Positions 47,995 through 57,955 of a stretch of DNA of 64,000 nt are shown here, piece by piece; the first letter of the stretch is position 1; every line of letters begins with the position of its first letter. Where the stretch lies: positions 5,262 to 69,261 of the forward strand of contig CALGNZ010000019.1 of assembly GCA_937957915.1 (NCBI GenBank), written 5' to 3'. The notes beneath the pieces were generated by a model. It saw only the letters and a program-made list of their open reading frames with translations, made no database searches and was not told the origin of the DNA. The translations under genes were made by a program, and so were the position numbers. The stretch is from an uncultured Granulosicoccaceae bacterium (GTDB taxonomy: Bacteria; Pseudomonadota; Gammaproteobacteria; Granulosicoccales; Granulosicoccaceae).

Positions 47995-49311
47995 TTATAC
48001 CGCAACGTTCTGACGAGTAACCTCGGGCACCACCGTATTTTTCCGCTCCTTTCGACCAGCGTTTATATCTACCACATTGTCAAAAGTAGCCTGCAAGTGT
48101 GTTTTGTATTTTTCACCGCACCAGTTAACACCCAGAGCACTTTTAGCGTTGGTGATACCGGTATAGATGCTTCCATTAAGTTGAGTAGTTGCAATTAGAT
48201 AATTTCTATATGCCGTGTACTTGCTTACATCAACCTTCTCTGGATTCTGCCAGAATGACTCCAGCGAACCCTGATGAGTGAGTCCGGGCAAATCGTAGAT
48301 TGCTTTACCCATCGCTTTCACCGGTGTCTGATGATACATGGAAGAGATACCAACCGTGCTGTTAATTAAAACGGCACCCTCTGCACGCTGCAAAAGACGA
48401 GGCAGATCAGTATCGTGAATGTAGTGCACCCGACCTTTTAACCCGTAATCACCGGCCAGGCGCTCAATCAGTTTCCGATAATTCTTGTAGCCACGATCAT
48501 AGGGGTGATGCTTGAATGCAATAGAAGTATTTTCATCTGCAGTAGAAAACGAAATCAACACTCTATCTATAAACTCTTCGACGCTTCCAAAATCTGAGTG
48601 CTGAATAACCTGCATGTCGTTGTGTACCTGCAGCGGCACCAGGAAAAATCTATTTTTCCCTTTCAGCAGTTTTCTACTGGTTTGATACTCAGTGAATTTA
48701 TATAACCACTTCCTCCACCCGGATCTAATCCAGATAGAACCTTCTGACAGCGTTTTCAGAGGACGATGATGAACATAATTTGGAAAACGCCACCGTAACG
48801 CTGAAGAGGCCATATAGTATTTCATAGCAAGACAAGCTGCCTTGAAAAATACACTTTTGACCGGCTGCGACGATTTACTGGTCTCGGTCGTTGAATCCGC
48901 ACGGGCCTCCAGCTGCGTGTTAACGGTATCGGGGTCACAGGCACTGGAAAACCCGTTTACTCCATCGCGCTCAAGCGTAATGTAATTGGGCCTGACATAG
49001 CCTTCCTCAAAAACATAGACTTCAATGTTCAGGCGTCTCGCGATGGTAATGGCCTGTCGATGATAGCTTCGGCAGTCGCCAAACAGATAGATGCGGTCAA
49101 TCTGACGCCCGACCATGACCGATTCGATCCAGTACGGCCACACCACCGCATCTTCCCGAAAATTAAGCACGCTGCCGCTGTGGTAAAAAAGCCAGTCACC
49201 GCCATTGAGATTGACCTTGACTACGTTGTGCCCATGCTGCTCCAGATCTGTAGCCAGATTCCTAAAAAACGGGCCAACAGGTCCCTGTAACAGCAGCACA
49301 TTACGCGGCAT
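47995..49311 (-). CDS. kpsS: capsule polysaccharide export/beta-Kdo transferase KpsS
   Basis: The N-terminus VLLLQGPVGPFFRNLATDLEQHGHNVVKVNLNGGD is typical of KpsS. It lies downstream of and overlapping kpsC. Confidence 0.82.
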   Translation of the reverse strand: MPRNVLLLQGPVGPFFRNLATDLEQHGHNVVKVNLNGGDWLFYHSGSVLNFREDAVVWPYWIESVMVGRQIDRIYLFGDCRSYHRQAITIARRLNIEVYVFEEGYVRPNYITLERDGVNGFSSACDPDTVNTQLEARADSTTETSKSSQPVKSVFFKAACLAMKYYMASSALRWRFPNYVHHRPLKTLSEGSIWIRSGWRKWLYKFTEYQTSRKLLKGKNRFFLVPLQVHNDMQVIQHSDFGSVEEFIDRVLISFSTADENTSIAFKHHPYDRGYKNYRKLIERLAGDYGLKGRVHYIHDTDLPRLLQRAEGAVLINSTVGISSMYHQTPVKAMGKAIYDLPGLTHQGSLESFWQNPEKVDVSKYTAYRNYLIATTQLNGSIYTGITNAKSALGVNWCGEKYKTHLQATFDNVVDINAGRKERKNTVVPEVTRQNVAV

Positions 49312-51364
49312 AAGTAAGGCCTTTTTTTATGTTGCGAACAATGTTCACGTATTTCCTGATTCCAGCTTCAGTAATCGGCGACGTCGCAGCATGTTTTTCC
49401 GACAGAAGCGCTTTGACCGTTTGCTCCACACTGACGTGCTCACCAGACGCAATATCCAGATAAGCCGGATAACGTATATAACTGATAAAAATCAGTTCAT
49501 CCAGCGTACGTCTTCGACTGCGACGAGCAAATTCACATCGATCGGTTGTCAACCCCCAACCGGCGTAAAACGGTCTACCGTATGTAACGACACGCTTGTT
49601 GTAAAGTAGTGCTTCAACCCCGGCCAGAGAACTTATTGTATGAACTTCGTCACACTGTTGGAGCACAACATCAATTGGCAGCTCTGTTTCGATACGATCA
49701 CACAGCGTCAGTAATTCACAGTTTTTATCGATTCCATCAGATCTGTTACCACTGACCACATCCGGGTGGGGTTTATACACAACGATCGCGTCCGGATTCA
49801 ACTGCCTCACCGCTTTAATCAGACCTAGATTGCTGCGTGCTGCGCCTGACCCAAAACGCAATGACGCATCGCCGTCGACCTGCCCTACCACCAGCAAAGC
49901 CTGCTTACCCTGATAATAGGTACAATCAAACGTACCATCTGATGGTCTCGTGTATTTACTGATTCGCTCTCGGAGCAACACATGCATCAATTGACGTGCA
50001 CGGTGCAAATCAATATCGCTGCAATTGTAGAGTTCAAGCAGAGACTCCAGTTTCGATGGTCCTGTCGCATCGAAATATATCCCCTCAGCGTCAATCACCA
50101 GAGACCTCGGTGCCGTAAAGTTACTGCCAAGGCCAACCGACCGCACAAAGCCATCCTCCATGCGAGTTATTTGGTGCCGCTGCAGCGCCTGCTCCACCTT
50201 AGACTCTGGTGGCTTTCTGCCCCAAACCAGAACTTGAGCGGGTTCCCGCTGAGTGCTGTCCCATCGCAAAAACTGCGATACTGACAAATGTTTGTGATTG
50301 TAATCGGAGTTAAACAGGTAGCGATCAATGTATCGTCTTTTCCACGGTGTAATTCCCACGCAAACAAGACGCCCCCCTACCCTTTCCCTTTGTTCAATTT
50401 GCACTTCAATGTGATCAACAATGGTTGCGAGATCACACAAGCTGTTTGTAACCGGATCAACATAGGTCGGGTAGATCAGGTAGGCCGCGACAAACAACTG
50501 GCTCAGCGATCTGGTTTGTACACGTCGTGCGAGTGGCTGGCGATCTTCAGTTAGCCCCCAACCCGCATAAAATGGCTGTCCGTGACAGACAACGCGGGCC
50601 CCTCGCATCAGCACCTCGAGCCCATACAGAGAGGTGCCAACATGTACGCTGTCACAGGCGTTCAGCTGCGCCTGGCTGATGTCTCCGGTTACCAGCGTAA
50701 GACCAAGTTGTTGTGCGCGATCGACAAGGTAGCCACGCTTCCTGCCAGCCAGCACCTGCGGATGCACTTTGACAACAACTTTTTCTTGCGGATAGCGACT
50801 CAGGACGTCACTGAGCATCTCGTCAAATGCCAAAGCATTCATGCCACCCAGACGCACTGACTGATCTCCAACTGTTTGATCAACGATCAGTGCAAAGTCT
50901 GTGAGAGAACCAAGATCCGCCGACTGTTCAGGCAGGTGATTGTATTTACTGATTCCAGCCTTGACCAGACGTGCCATCAATTCGCCAGCGGCACCGACCA
51001 TACCCGGATCGTCGAGCTTCCAGGACTCCGCATCTACACCATTTAGCAGGTTTTCAAGCCTTGAGGGGCAAGTCGCGTCGTAGTAAATACCAATATTATC
51101 GGTGACGATTGAGTATTTACGATTAGACGCATGCTTGCCTAGCGAGCAGATAAATCCGTCCTCGAGGCGGATATGCGGCAGCGCAAATTGAGTAGCTATC
51201 CGCAGCGCTCTGGCACTGTACGGTTTAGAGCCCCATGAGTACACCCCAGCACAATTGTCGCCGAACAATTGCAAGGGACTACGGGATAGACTGGAGAGAC
51301 CCAGAAAAGTCTCTATACGGTTTATTCTCCCGATACCTGACGATAGGGTAAACCCGGATTTCAC
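49301..51364 (-). CDS. kpsC: capsule polysaccharide modification protein KpsC (tandem beta-Kdo transferase domains)
   Basis: About 690 aa with an internally duplicated Capsule_synth-like module (two copies of PFYAGWGLT). It is paired with kpsS. Confidence 0.85.
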   Translation of the reverse strand: MKSGFTLSSGIGRINRIETFLGLSSLSRSPLQLFGDNCAGVYSWGSKPYSARALRIATQFALPHIRLEDGFICSLGKHASNRKYSIVTDNIGIYYDATCPSRLENLLNGVDAESWKLDDPGMVGAAGELMARLVKAGISKYNHLPEQSADLGSLTDFALIVDQTVGDQSVRLGGMNALAFDEMLSDVLSRYPQEKVVVKVHPQVLAGRKRGYLVDRAQQLGLTLVTGDISQAQLNACDSVHVGTSLYGLEVLMRGARVVCHGQPFYAGWGLTEDRQPLARRVQTRSLSQLFVAAYLIYPTYVDPVTNSLCDLATIVDHIEVQIEQRERVGGRLVCVGITPWKRRYIDRYLFNSDYNHKHLSVSQFLRWDSTQREPAQVLVWGRKPPESKVEQALQRHQITRMEDGFVRSVGLGSNFTAPRSLVIDAEGIYFDATGPSKLESLLELYNCSDIDLHRARQLMHVLLRERISKYTRPSDGTFDCTYYQGKQALLVVGQVDGDASLRFGSGAARSNLGLIKAVRQLNPDAIVVYKPHPDVVSGNRSDGIDKNCELLTLCDRIETELPIDVVLQQCDEVHTISSLAGVEALLYNKRVVTYGRPFYAGWGLTTDRCEFARRSRRRTLDELIFISYIRYPAYLDIASGEHVSVEQTVKALLSEKHAATSPITEAGIRKYVNIVRNIKKGLTYAA

Positions 51365-51373
51365 AACCGCACT

Positions 51374-52000
51374 CTACCGAACCAGGTTAATAGCAAGACA
51401 CGTCATTACCAGGCATATCGCACTATCTATTGCCAGGGGCTTCCAGTTTTCACGCATCAACACGACAAGCTGCTGCAGTGATGACAGGCGTTCAAACTCA
51501 CCGCTGGCTGCATCATTTGCTGCAAAAGTATCGGGTACTGATTCTGTGCTCGTGGCTTGCGACGGCACAACACTGGAATCTGCAGCGTCATCATTCATTA
51601 GCAGATGCAATTGCCTGATCACCGATGCACCATGATCGTCCGGACTTTGCCTGGCCGCCTGACCCACTACAGTGAGCAATCCGCCGCTAATGCCGTTTTC
51701 GCGTGCCACTTTTTGCAGGGTGGTTATTTCTTCCTGCAGCTTAACGAGTTCAGCTAAAGTCTCGCCACAGTGCTTTCTTTTATCTTCGTTGTTGCCACCA
51801 TACTCGACCTTGTCCAGATTTATAGTATCGAGCAGGAAATCATGATCCAGATGGTCTGTGGTAGTCGCTGCGTCAACGATGTACCTGTTCAACATTACCC
51901 TGTCGATGCCGCAGTCGATCAACGACACCTTGCCATTTTGCAGACTGGTGACCAGCGTCGTGTAATCTTGAATCAGCGAGGGGCATTGCGCCGCAGCCAT
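51374..52000 (-). CDS. hypothetical protein with C-terminal hydrophobic anchor
   Basis: ORF only, with no recognisable motif. The C-terminus is WKPLAIDSAICLVMTCLAINLV. It ends 10 nt upstream of kpsC. The start is uncertain (ATG at 52000 or GTG at 52063). Confidence 0.4.
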   Translation of the reverse strand: MAAAQCPSLIQDYTTLVTSLQNGKVSLIDCGIDRVMLNRYIVDAATTTDHLDHDFLLDTINLDKVEYGGNNEDKRKHCGETLAELVKLQEEITTLQKVARENGISGGLLTVVGQAARQSPDDHGASVIRQLHLLMNDDAADSSVVPSQATSTESVPDTFAANDAASGEFERLSSLQQLVVLMRENWKPLAIDSAICLVMTCLAINLVR

Positions 52001-52197
52001 TGATTTTCCGGGGGTTCGTATCCGACCAGACTGAGCAGTAAACGCGCCATCGGCAGGCGGCACTGTGTGGGTAGCTTCCTATGCTGCCAACTCCGTTCGA
52101 TACTATCTGCCCGGCACTTGAATTCGCCTCGGAAGCTCGTCGCGGATCAACTGCGGCAACCAAACATTATGTATCGAGTGCCCAACCAATCGGCCAT

Positions 52198-53391
52198 TCA
52201 ACCATTCACCCGCCTCGCTGTGCGATACAGCGTCAATCCGATGACAACAAAAATCAATAAGCAACCAAGCAGCGACTGATATCCTCCGACAGACCAGACC
52301 ACTGCTCCGAAAAACGGCGACACAGCAGAACCCAGTAAGTAAAAGAGTGCCAGTAAACCACTTTTTGAACCAAATGCATCGCTGCCCAGTATTTCACGGG
52401 CGATAAGGGGCCGAATGACACTGACAATCCCGTAGCCACTACCAAACAGCACAACAAACGGTAGTGCGAGTGCGTCAATCCAGTGGGTTGCAAGCAGCAG
52501 CATCATCGCCATTGCCAACGCTATAAAACAACATACGGCTACAAAATCATTCGTTGTACGCTTGTCCATGGCCATAATGACAATTCTGCCAAATACCTGC
52601 ATTGGCCCTATGATCGACGCAATCAACACAGCCTGGTGAAGCGCCAGGCCGCGTTCAACGAGAATCGGAATCAAGTGATGGAGGGTCGCGCCATGAACCA
52701 CTGCTAACAGCGCAAAAGCAACCGCAAGTAACACAAACCGGGGCGTTAACAATCGCCGGAACTGTACAGCCTGGCTGGCATTAACACGGCTTACATCCGC
52801 TGCCGCTTCCAGTCGCGTTGCACCAACCCATAGTAACGGTGCTGCTACTGTTATTGCGACAATGCCGCAAACATTCACGGCTATGCGCCACCCGTAAATA
52901 TCGGCCAGCCAGTGTGCCGCAGGAAAGCTGATAGTACTGGCGAAACCCGCAATCAATGTAATCGTAATAATACTGCTTTTGGCGTCCGCACCGTATGCTC
53001 GCGTCACAAGTGAAAAGCACGGTTCATACAAACAACCAGCCATGGCACAACCGACTATGGCGCTGAGTGCCATAAAGTGCCAGGGCACAACAACTTGCGA
53101 CAACAGAAAAATCGCAACACCGCCCAGACAACAGCTGCCTGCCATAAGCACTGCACCTCGGCCTCGATCAATCATTCGACCTGCCAGCGGAGAAAAACAG
53201 GCCGACATCAACAGTGCCAAAGAAATAGCAATAGTAAGCAACGTTTTCGACCAGCCCAGGCTTTGCTCCCAGCGGAGCAAAAGCGCAGGAAACACATACA
53301 GCAAACTTGCCCACGCCATGGTCTGTCCTGCAGCCATAGCAAGAACACCTGGTTTAATCATTGTCGCTTTACCATAGTCTACGGATACCAC
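52198..53391 (-). CDS. MFS transporter
   Basis: About 12 predicted TM segments with MFS-like loop motifs (GRMIDRGRG). The start may be the internal MIKPG. Confidence 0.8.
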   Translation of the reverse strand: MVSVDYGKATMIKPGVLAMAAGQTMAWASLLYVFPALLLRWEQSLGWSKTLLTIAISLALLMSACFSPLAGRMIDRGRGAVLMAGSCCLGGVAIFLLSQVVVPWHFMALSAIVGCAMAGCLYEPCFSLVTRAYGADAKSSIITITLIAGFASTISFPAAHWLADIYGWRIAVNVCGIVAITVAAPLLWVGATRLEAAADVSRVNASQAVQFRRLLTPRFVLLAVAFALLAVVHGATLHHLIPILVERGLALHQAVLIASIIGPMQVFGRIVIMAMDKRTTNDFVAVCCFIALAMAMMLLLATHWIDALALPFVVLFGSGYGIVSVIRPLIAREILGSDAFGSKSGLLALFYLLGSAVSPFFGAVVWSVGGYQSLLGCLLIFVVIGLTLYRTARRVNG

Positions 53392-53484
53392 ATGTTCAGG
53401 TGCTGTGGCCAGGAGATTACACCTCGGCGAACGGTGCGCGGTCTTACCACCACAGCATTACCAAAATATTTGATCCGAAAAAGC

Positions 53485-53529
53485 AGGGTGTCGGTGAGCG
53501 ATGCGAACCGCACAAAACCTATGGGTGCC
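53485..53529 (+). repeat. interspersed intergenic element, copy B (core)
   Basis: AGGGTGTCGGTGAGCGATGCGAACCGCACAAAACCTATGGGTGCC. Weaker collinear similarity to copy A extends over 53466-53608. Confidence 0.7.
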
Positions 53530-53750
53530 AGCAGCATTCTAAGATTAAACGCGGGAGAGCAACAGCAAACACTTTGCGTTTCTTATCTGCTCATCCGTCT
53601 TACCGGGTCACTCACATTTGTATGCGCCGAAAATTCTTAAACAAAAAACATACGTTTCTAATTAAGTTAGATGAAAGGCTGACCAAAAGATCGCACCCGC
53701 AGCAGAACATTCATTCTATTTGATTTTTCTGAATGCGACAGTAATCAACA

Positions 53751-54737
53751 TCAATGGCTGACGTGTAAAGACCGTGTGTTTTTTTCAATGCGCTGCAGTA
53801 GTGTTTGACGAAGTTTCACCTCTGCAGGCCAATTGTGCGCGGGAGAAATCGGCTCTCTGTCATAGCTGTGATTTTGCGTTGGTACCCTCTCCGAAAAACC
53901 GGCGACCAAACCATCCTTCCCTGTCACATCAATATATTTTTCAAGACAGGACAGCAACAACAAACCCGCAGATGGAGAGGCACCCAATTGCTCGACGAGC
54001 GAGCACCAAAGGTTCCTCGGAACGGTATGTATGCCAACGTACGATGGACGATCTTCAAATCGCCGCCAGACCTTGCTACGACGGTAAAATATCGAATTAC
54101 CAGTAATAATCAGATGCCTGCCGGGCACTTGCTGTGCAGATCTCCACGACGGTGTAACAACGTGCACATCAGCGTCCCCCTCAATGCGAGCGTTGAGATG
54201 ATAGTTATTAAAACAGATTGACAGGTGATCTTCGCGAAGCGATATTCTGTCATCAACATCTGCCGCAGGCGCATTGCCAATAACCGAAAAACCACTTTTC
54301 ACATTTACCAGATCCGCCAATCGGCTCAGGAGAGCAGTGTCAGGTAATGTTTGACTGACACCAACAGAGCCTGAATATTTTTCCTGCAAATAATCAAGAC
54401 ATTGGCTGCCCCCTCTGCTGAGGCGCGGACAGGCAAGGCCAGTCCCGCGGCAATATAGCATCAGCATAGAAAACCACTTCATTTCTCTGGATGCTCTGCC
54501 GGTGCCTCTGAGCAGATCGCGAGCTTTATCGGCCTCCCCCAACTGAAGATAAAGAGAGGCCGCATAATAGACCAGTGCCTTACCGGAACACCGTCGCGAG
54601 AGCACTGCAGCCACGATATCGTCGAGAGTCTGACTGTCAAAACAACCGGAATAGGCCATTTTGTCAAGTGCCCTCAGTTGAGAGCCACCAAGGTATTCGC
54701 GGATATTCACGGCTTTTGCCAGCTGCACATTGGCCAC
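53751..54737 (-). CDS. sialyltransferase-fold (GT29/GT42-like) glycosyltransferase
   Basis: FSVIGNAPAA..., SICFNNYH and GASPSAGLLLL resemble the GNGPS / (C)N / SG motifs of bacterial sialyl- and Kdo-type transferases. This is inferred from motif resemblance only. Confidence 0.45.
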   Translation of the reverse strand: MANVQLAKAVNIREYLGGSQLRALDKMAYSGCFDSQTLDDIVAAVLSRRCSGKALVYYAASLYLQLGEADKARDLLRGTGRASREMKWFSMLMLYCRGTGLACPRLSRGGSQCLDYLQEKYSGSVGVSQTLPDTALLSRLADLVNVKSGFSVIGNAPAADVDDRISLREDHLSICFNNYHLNARIEGDADVHVVTPSWRSAQQVPGRHLIITGNSIFYRRSKVWRRFEDRPSYVGIHTVPRNLWCSLVEQLGASPSAGLLLLSCLEKYIDVTGKDGLVAGFSERVPTQNHSYDREPISPAHNWPAEVKLRQTLLQRIEKNTRSLHVSH

Positions 54738-54831
54738 AGAAACTCACTGTCCAGAGGGCTCATCCTGCATAGCCTTGTGTACCTCAACGTACCCACCGCA
54801 TCGATGTGCGCTCGATTACAGCCCATGCCTT

Positions 54832-55839
54832 CTATGATGCACGTCGATGTTCAGGGTCGACATCAATCGCCCTTACAGGCTCAGGGAACAAAGCGGCAAC
54901 CGCACTGCTACCGGGCAGTGTCGAATCCTTGAAGAACGCCCGCGGATCTTCCATAAGCTTGCGTGCCTTGCGTCGGGTCAACACCGTAGTATTCGCCACC
55001 TTGCGCCTCCATAATTGTTGCCACAATACCCCCGTACGAACAACCGGATCCGTGCCACAACTATCATTCACACAGCTTGCACTGGTATCGACCAGACTCT
55101 CAGTCATCGCGGACTGCAGCGCGTAACGGGTATTCTCAACTGAAAAAATACCTTCCATATCTGGCACAGGCTTATTTGTTTTCTGGTGAGGTAATATCAT
55201 TCTGCAACAGTTCAACCGGGCAATCGCTGTGTGCAGCGCCGGAAAAACGGGATTGTTCGAATAAACATCTCCGGCAATCAAACTGCATGGTACACCAATC
55301 ATAGCCGCATCAAGAGCTCTGGCTGTATCTACAAACACAACGTGCGCTGCATTTCTGTACAAACACAAAAGTGAAGCGGCACACCACCAGCGAGGACTGA
55401 TTACATTGAACTTCACCGATAGCATGTCGCATATCTCTTTTAGTCGGGTCGAATACTGATCGGATAACAAAACGACGTTTGCTTTCGCGGGGTTTTTCAA
55501 GCAATGTTTTTCTATCTCTACTGTCAGAGCCAACTCAAGACCTGTCCACCAGAATTGACAGTCCACTATCAGTGTTTCCGCCGAAACTTCCACAGCAACG
55601 GGGTACCCCAACGCTTCATAGACAGCGTCGAGCGATTCAAACCGAGGGCTGGGAAACTCATTGATGCCGGACGAACCATCAACGCCAATCAGCGCTATTT
55701 GGTTGAACAACATCGACCCCGGGTACAGGGGCATACAACTGATGTTGCGATTTTTGACCGCAGTGATTTGCTTTACACCACGATTGATCTCACACCGTTG
55801 ATGCCGCTCCCAGTCACCGGCTCTGCACGAAACAATCAC
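54832..55839 (-). CDS. putative capsule biosynthesis protein
   Basis: The GTG start overlaps the upstream stop. The C-terminal RRKARKLMEDPRAFFKDS resembles the tail motif recurrent in capsule polymer-synthesis proteins. Otherwise it is unassigned. Confidence 0.4.
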   Translation of the reverse strand: MIVSCRAGDWERHQRCEINRGVKQITAVKNRNISCMPLYPGSMLFNQIALIGVDGSSGINEFPSPRFESLDAVYEALGYPVAVEVSAETLIVDCQFWWTGLELALTVEIEKHCLKNPAKANVVLLSDQYSTRLKEICDMLSVKFNVISPRWWCAASLLCLYRNAAHVVFVDTARALDAAMIGVPCSLIAGDVYSNNPVFPALHTAIARLNCCRMILPHQKTNKPVPDMEGIFSVENTRYALQSAMTESLVDTSASCVNDSCGTDPVVRTGVLWQQLWRRKVANTTVLTRRKARKLMEDPRAFFKDSTLPGSSAVAALFPEPVRAIDVDPEHRRAS

Positions 55840-56876
55840 GCCGCGGCACTCAGCATCTTCTGCAAAACCGGCAATCTGGCTTGCACCGAGTAACTTTGCT
55901 TTAAACGCTCACTACTGGAGTTATCAAACCCGGACTGGTCGTTTGCACAATGCAGCAGCATTGCCGGCCAATCCGCCTCATCTTTAACCAACAGGGACAT
56001 TGGATTCTGATGATCACGCATATCGCCGTTCTCAGTCGCGAGAATCGGGGTTCCCACTGATACAGATTCAATAAGCTTTACTGCCGACTTTGCATCGTTA
56101 AAAACATTTGCCTGCAAAGGTGCAATTGAGAGGTCGACCTGTGCCAACTGTTCCAGGTACTGGCTGTAATCAACAAATGATTTGAATGTAACCTGTTGCG
56201 ACGAGAATGGCAGGCTCTCAGGCTCCATCCGCCCCATCACCACCAGTTTACTGTCGGGCATTGCCGTGAAAAGACCGGCCAGCGCACCACGAATCATCTC
56301 CACATCGTGCGAATGACTGTTACTGCCAGGGAAGTATCCGATAGTAAATCTTTTGTTAGAGACTGCACGCTTTTGCGGCGCCTGAAAAAGGCGCGGCAAT
56401 GAGTTGGGTAAAATGGTTACTGACATTTGAGGCCGTGATGACAGCACATGTTTTGCCAAAGCCCCTGTCGATACTACAATACTTTCAAAGCACTGCATCG
56501 CTTGCCGGTTGTCCGAGAAGTATGCCTCAACTTTATCAAGAGGCCTGTTTCCATTGATGTACAGCGGACTACTCGACGCCAGCGCAGTATCAAATATGAG
56601 GTCATCGTAGTCGGCATGCAACACTACATCACAGCGCCGACACAGCTCAATTGCCTTTGCAAACCTGCCGGTGAACTTGGGTCGATGAAAAATAACATGT
56701 CGAAACTGCCGCACCAATAATTCGCTCAAACGGTCTATATGAACAACCTGGCTTATCCATGAATCTGCGACCAGCGCGTCCGCATAGTGATAACATCGGT
56801 GCCTGGCAGACGGATCATTCCAGGCATTTTGACCGTATCGGGTATCAGTAACATACAGCACGCTCGATAGATTCAT
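55836..56876 (-). CDS. GT-B fold glycosyltransferase
   Basis: Assigned from size, capsule context, and a C-terminal GT1/GT4-like segment (SVGTPILATENGDM). Confidence 0.55.
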   Translation of the reverse strand: MNLSSVLYVTDTRYGQNAWNDPSARHRCYHYADALVADSWISQVVHIDRLSELLVRQFRHVIFHRPKFTGRFAKAIELCRRCDVVLHADYDDLIFDTALASSSPLYINGNRPLDKVEAYFSDNRQAMQCFESIVVSTGALAKHVLSSRPQMSVTILPNSLPRLFQAPQKRAVSNKRFTIGYFPGSNSHSHDVEMIRGALAGLFTAMPDSKLVVMGRMEPESLPFSSQQVTFKSFVDYSQYLEQLAQVDLSIAPLQANVFNDAKSAVKLIESVSVGTPILATENGDMRDHQNPMSLLVKDEADWPAMLLHCANDQSGFDNSSSERLKQSYSVQARLPVLQKMLSAAA

Positions 56877-56920
56877 CGATCAGGCCACCGCTATACCGAA
56901 ACAGCCCGTCACCGTTACAC

Positions 56921-57895
56921 CTACCCTATTATCAACGGACTGTTCGGTAGTTCAAATGATCCATCATGTGTCCGAACTGATATGATATCACCTGCTGCAA
57001 CACGACCCAGTTTATCAAGTGGTATTTCAAACCCGCAGTTACCATTAATGTGTATACCCTTACGCTGAATATCCGCACGAAACATATCAGCTGTATAGTC
57101 AAACTTTCGTTTACCATTCACCATCACTCTGAGCTTTGCGGGTTTGTCGCTCTCCCGATCCACGGTCCAGCCAATCATTTTTTCATTTCGAACACCGCCA
57201 AGATAACCACTGTAGCGCGGGACAGTCGCCAGTGCCGGGCGGACACTATCGTCCTGACTATCAAAGTGCTCGACTGCCTGCTGATAGAGTTTTACATCGT
57301 CCTGATTGAGCAACTGAATTTCCTCTATCTCTTCATCGGTAGCACGATGGGCGTCTTTCTCGTAGTTACCCCGGTTCAGGTTTGCCATCGGGAAATTCGT
57401 GCTATAGCGCTGATTAAATTTGAGCAGGCTCTCTTCATAGTTTTCAGTGAGACCGTAGAAATCCAGGTCAATCGGATTTGCACCCGACAGCACTCGAGAC
57501 TGTCTATTGCGGAACTGATCCTTGCGATAAAACTCTCTCAGTGAACCCTCGAATCCGTAGTGCGTGGTAAAATGAACGTACTCAGAGATTACCCGCTTAA
57601 CCGGATCGCGGAAGAAGGTCACCACCGGTGAATCCGGAAAGTGCTCTCGATACTTCGCCAGCGAAAAATGACCGGTAAAGAATTTTTTCTGTGTTACCTT
57701 CGAATACAGTAGTTCAAAATCCTTTTTTTCATAGAACGCAGTCTTTATCTCCTCAGAAGTTGCCGGAGAATTCTCACCATAGTCCTTAACAACATTCCAT
57801 GGGCCAAAATAATGCTCCGCACTAATCCGAAAGCTGGTACCCGCAGTTTTCGGGATATGCAGGCAAATTATCGGGAGACTCATCTTTTCACTCAT
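56921..57895 (-). CDS. sulfotransferase family protein
   Basis: N-terminal PAPS 5'-phosphosulfate-binding motif ICLHIPKTAGTSF and a downstream RDPVKRVISEY (3'-PB-like). An extra C-terminal domain of about 100 aa is present. Confidence 0.8.
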   Translation of the reverse strand: MSEKMSLPIICLHIPKTAGTSFRISAEHYFGPWNVVKDYGENSPATSEEIKTAFYEKKDFELLYSKVTQKKFFTGHFSLAKYREHFPDSPVVTFFRDPVKRVISEYVHFTTHYGFEGSLREFYRKDQFRNRQSRVLSGANPIDLDFYGLTENYEESLLKFNQRYSTNFPMANLNRGNYEKDAHRATDEEIEEIQLLNQDDVKLYQQAVEHFDSQDDSVRPALATVPRYSGYLGGVRNEKMIGWTVDRESDKPAKLRVMVNGKRKFDYTADMFRADIQRKGIHINGNCGFEIPLDKLGRVAAGDIISVRTHDGSFELPNSPLIIG

Positions 57896-57955
57896 GTCTG
57901 TCTAACTATTTATCAAGCACACTAATAATAATTCTGACTAGCAATCAGCCGAACT

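Noticed and set aside
53400-53530. Possible cobalamin riboswitch upstream of the MFS gene (GGCCAGGAGA and GGTGAGCGA...CCGCAC strings)
   Set aside because: The B12-like strings are on the strand opposite to the MFS gene. They are also in the wrong 5'-3' order for the riboswitch, and no B12 box (GCCACTG) is present. The GGTGAGCGA segment is instead part of the three-copy interspersed repeat.
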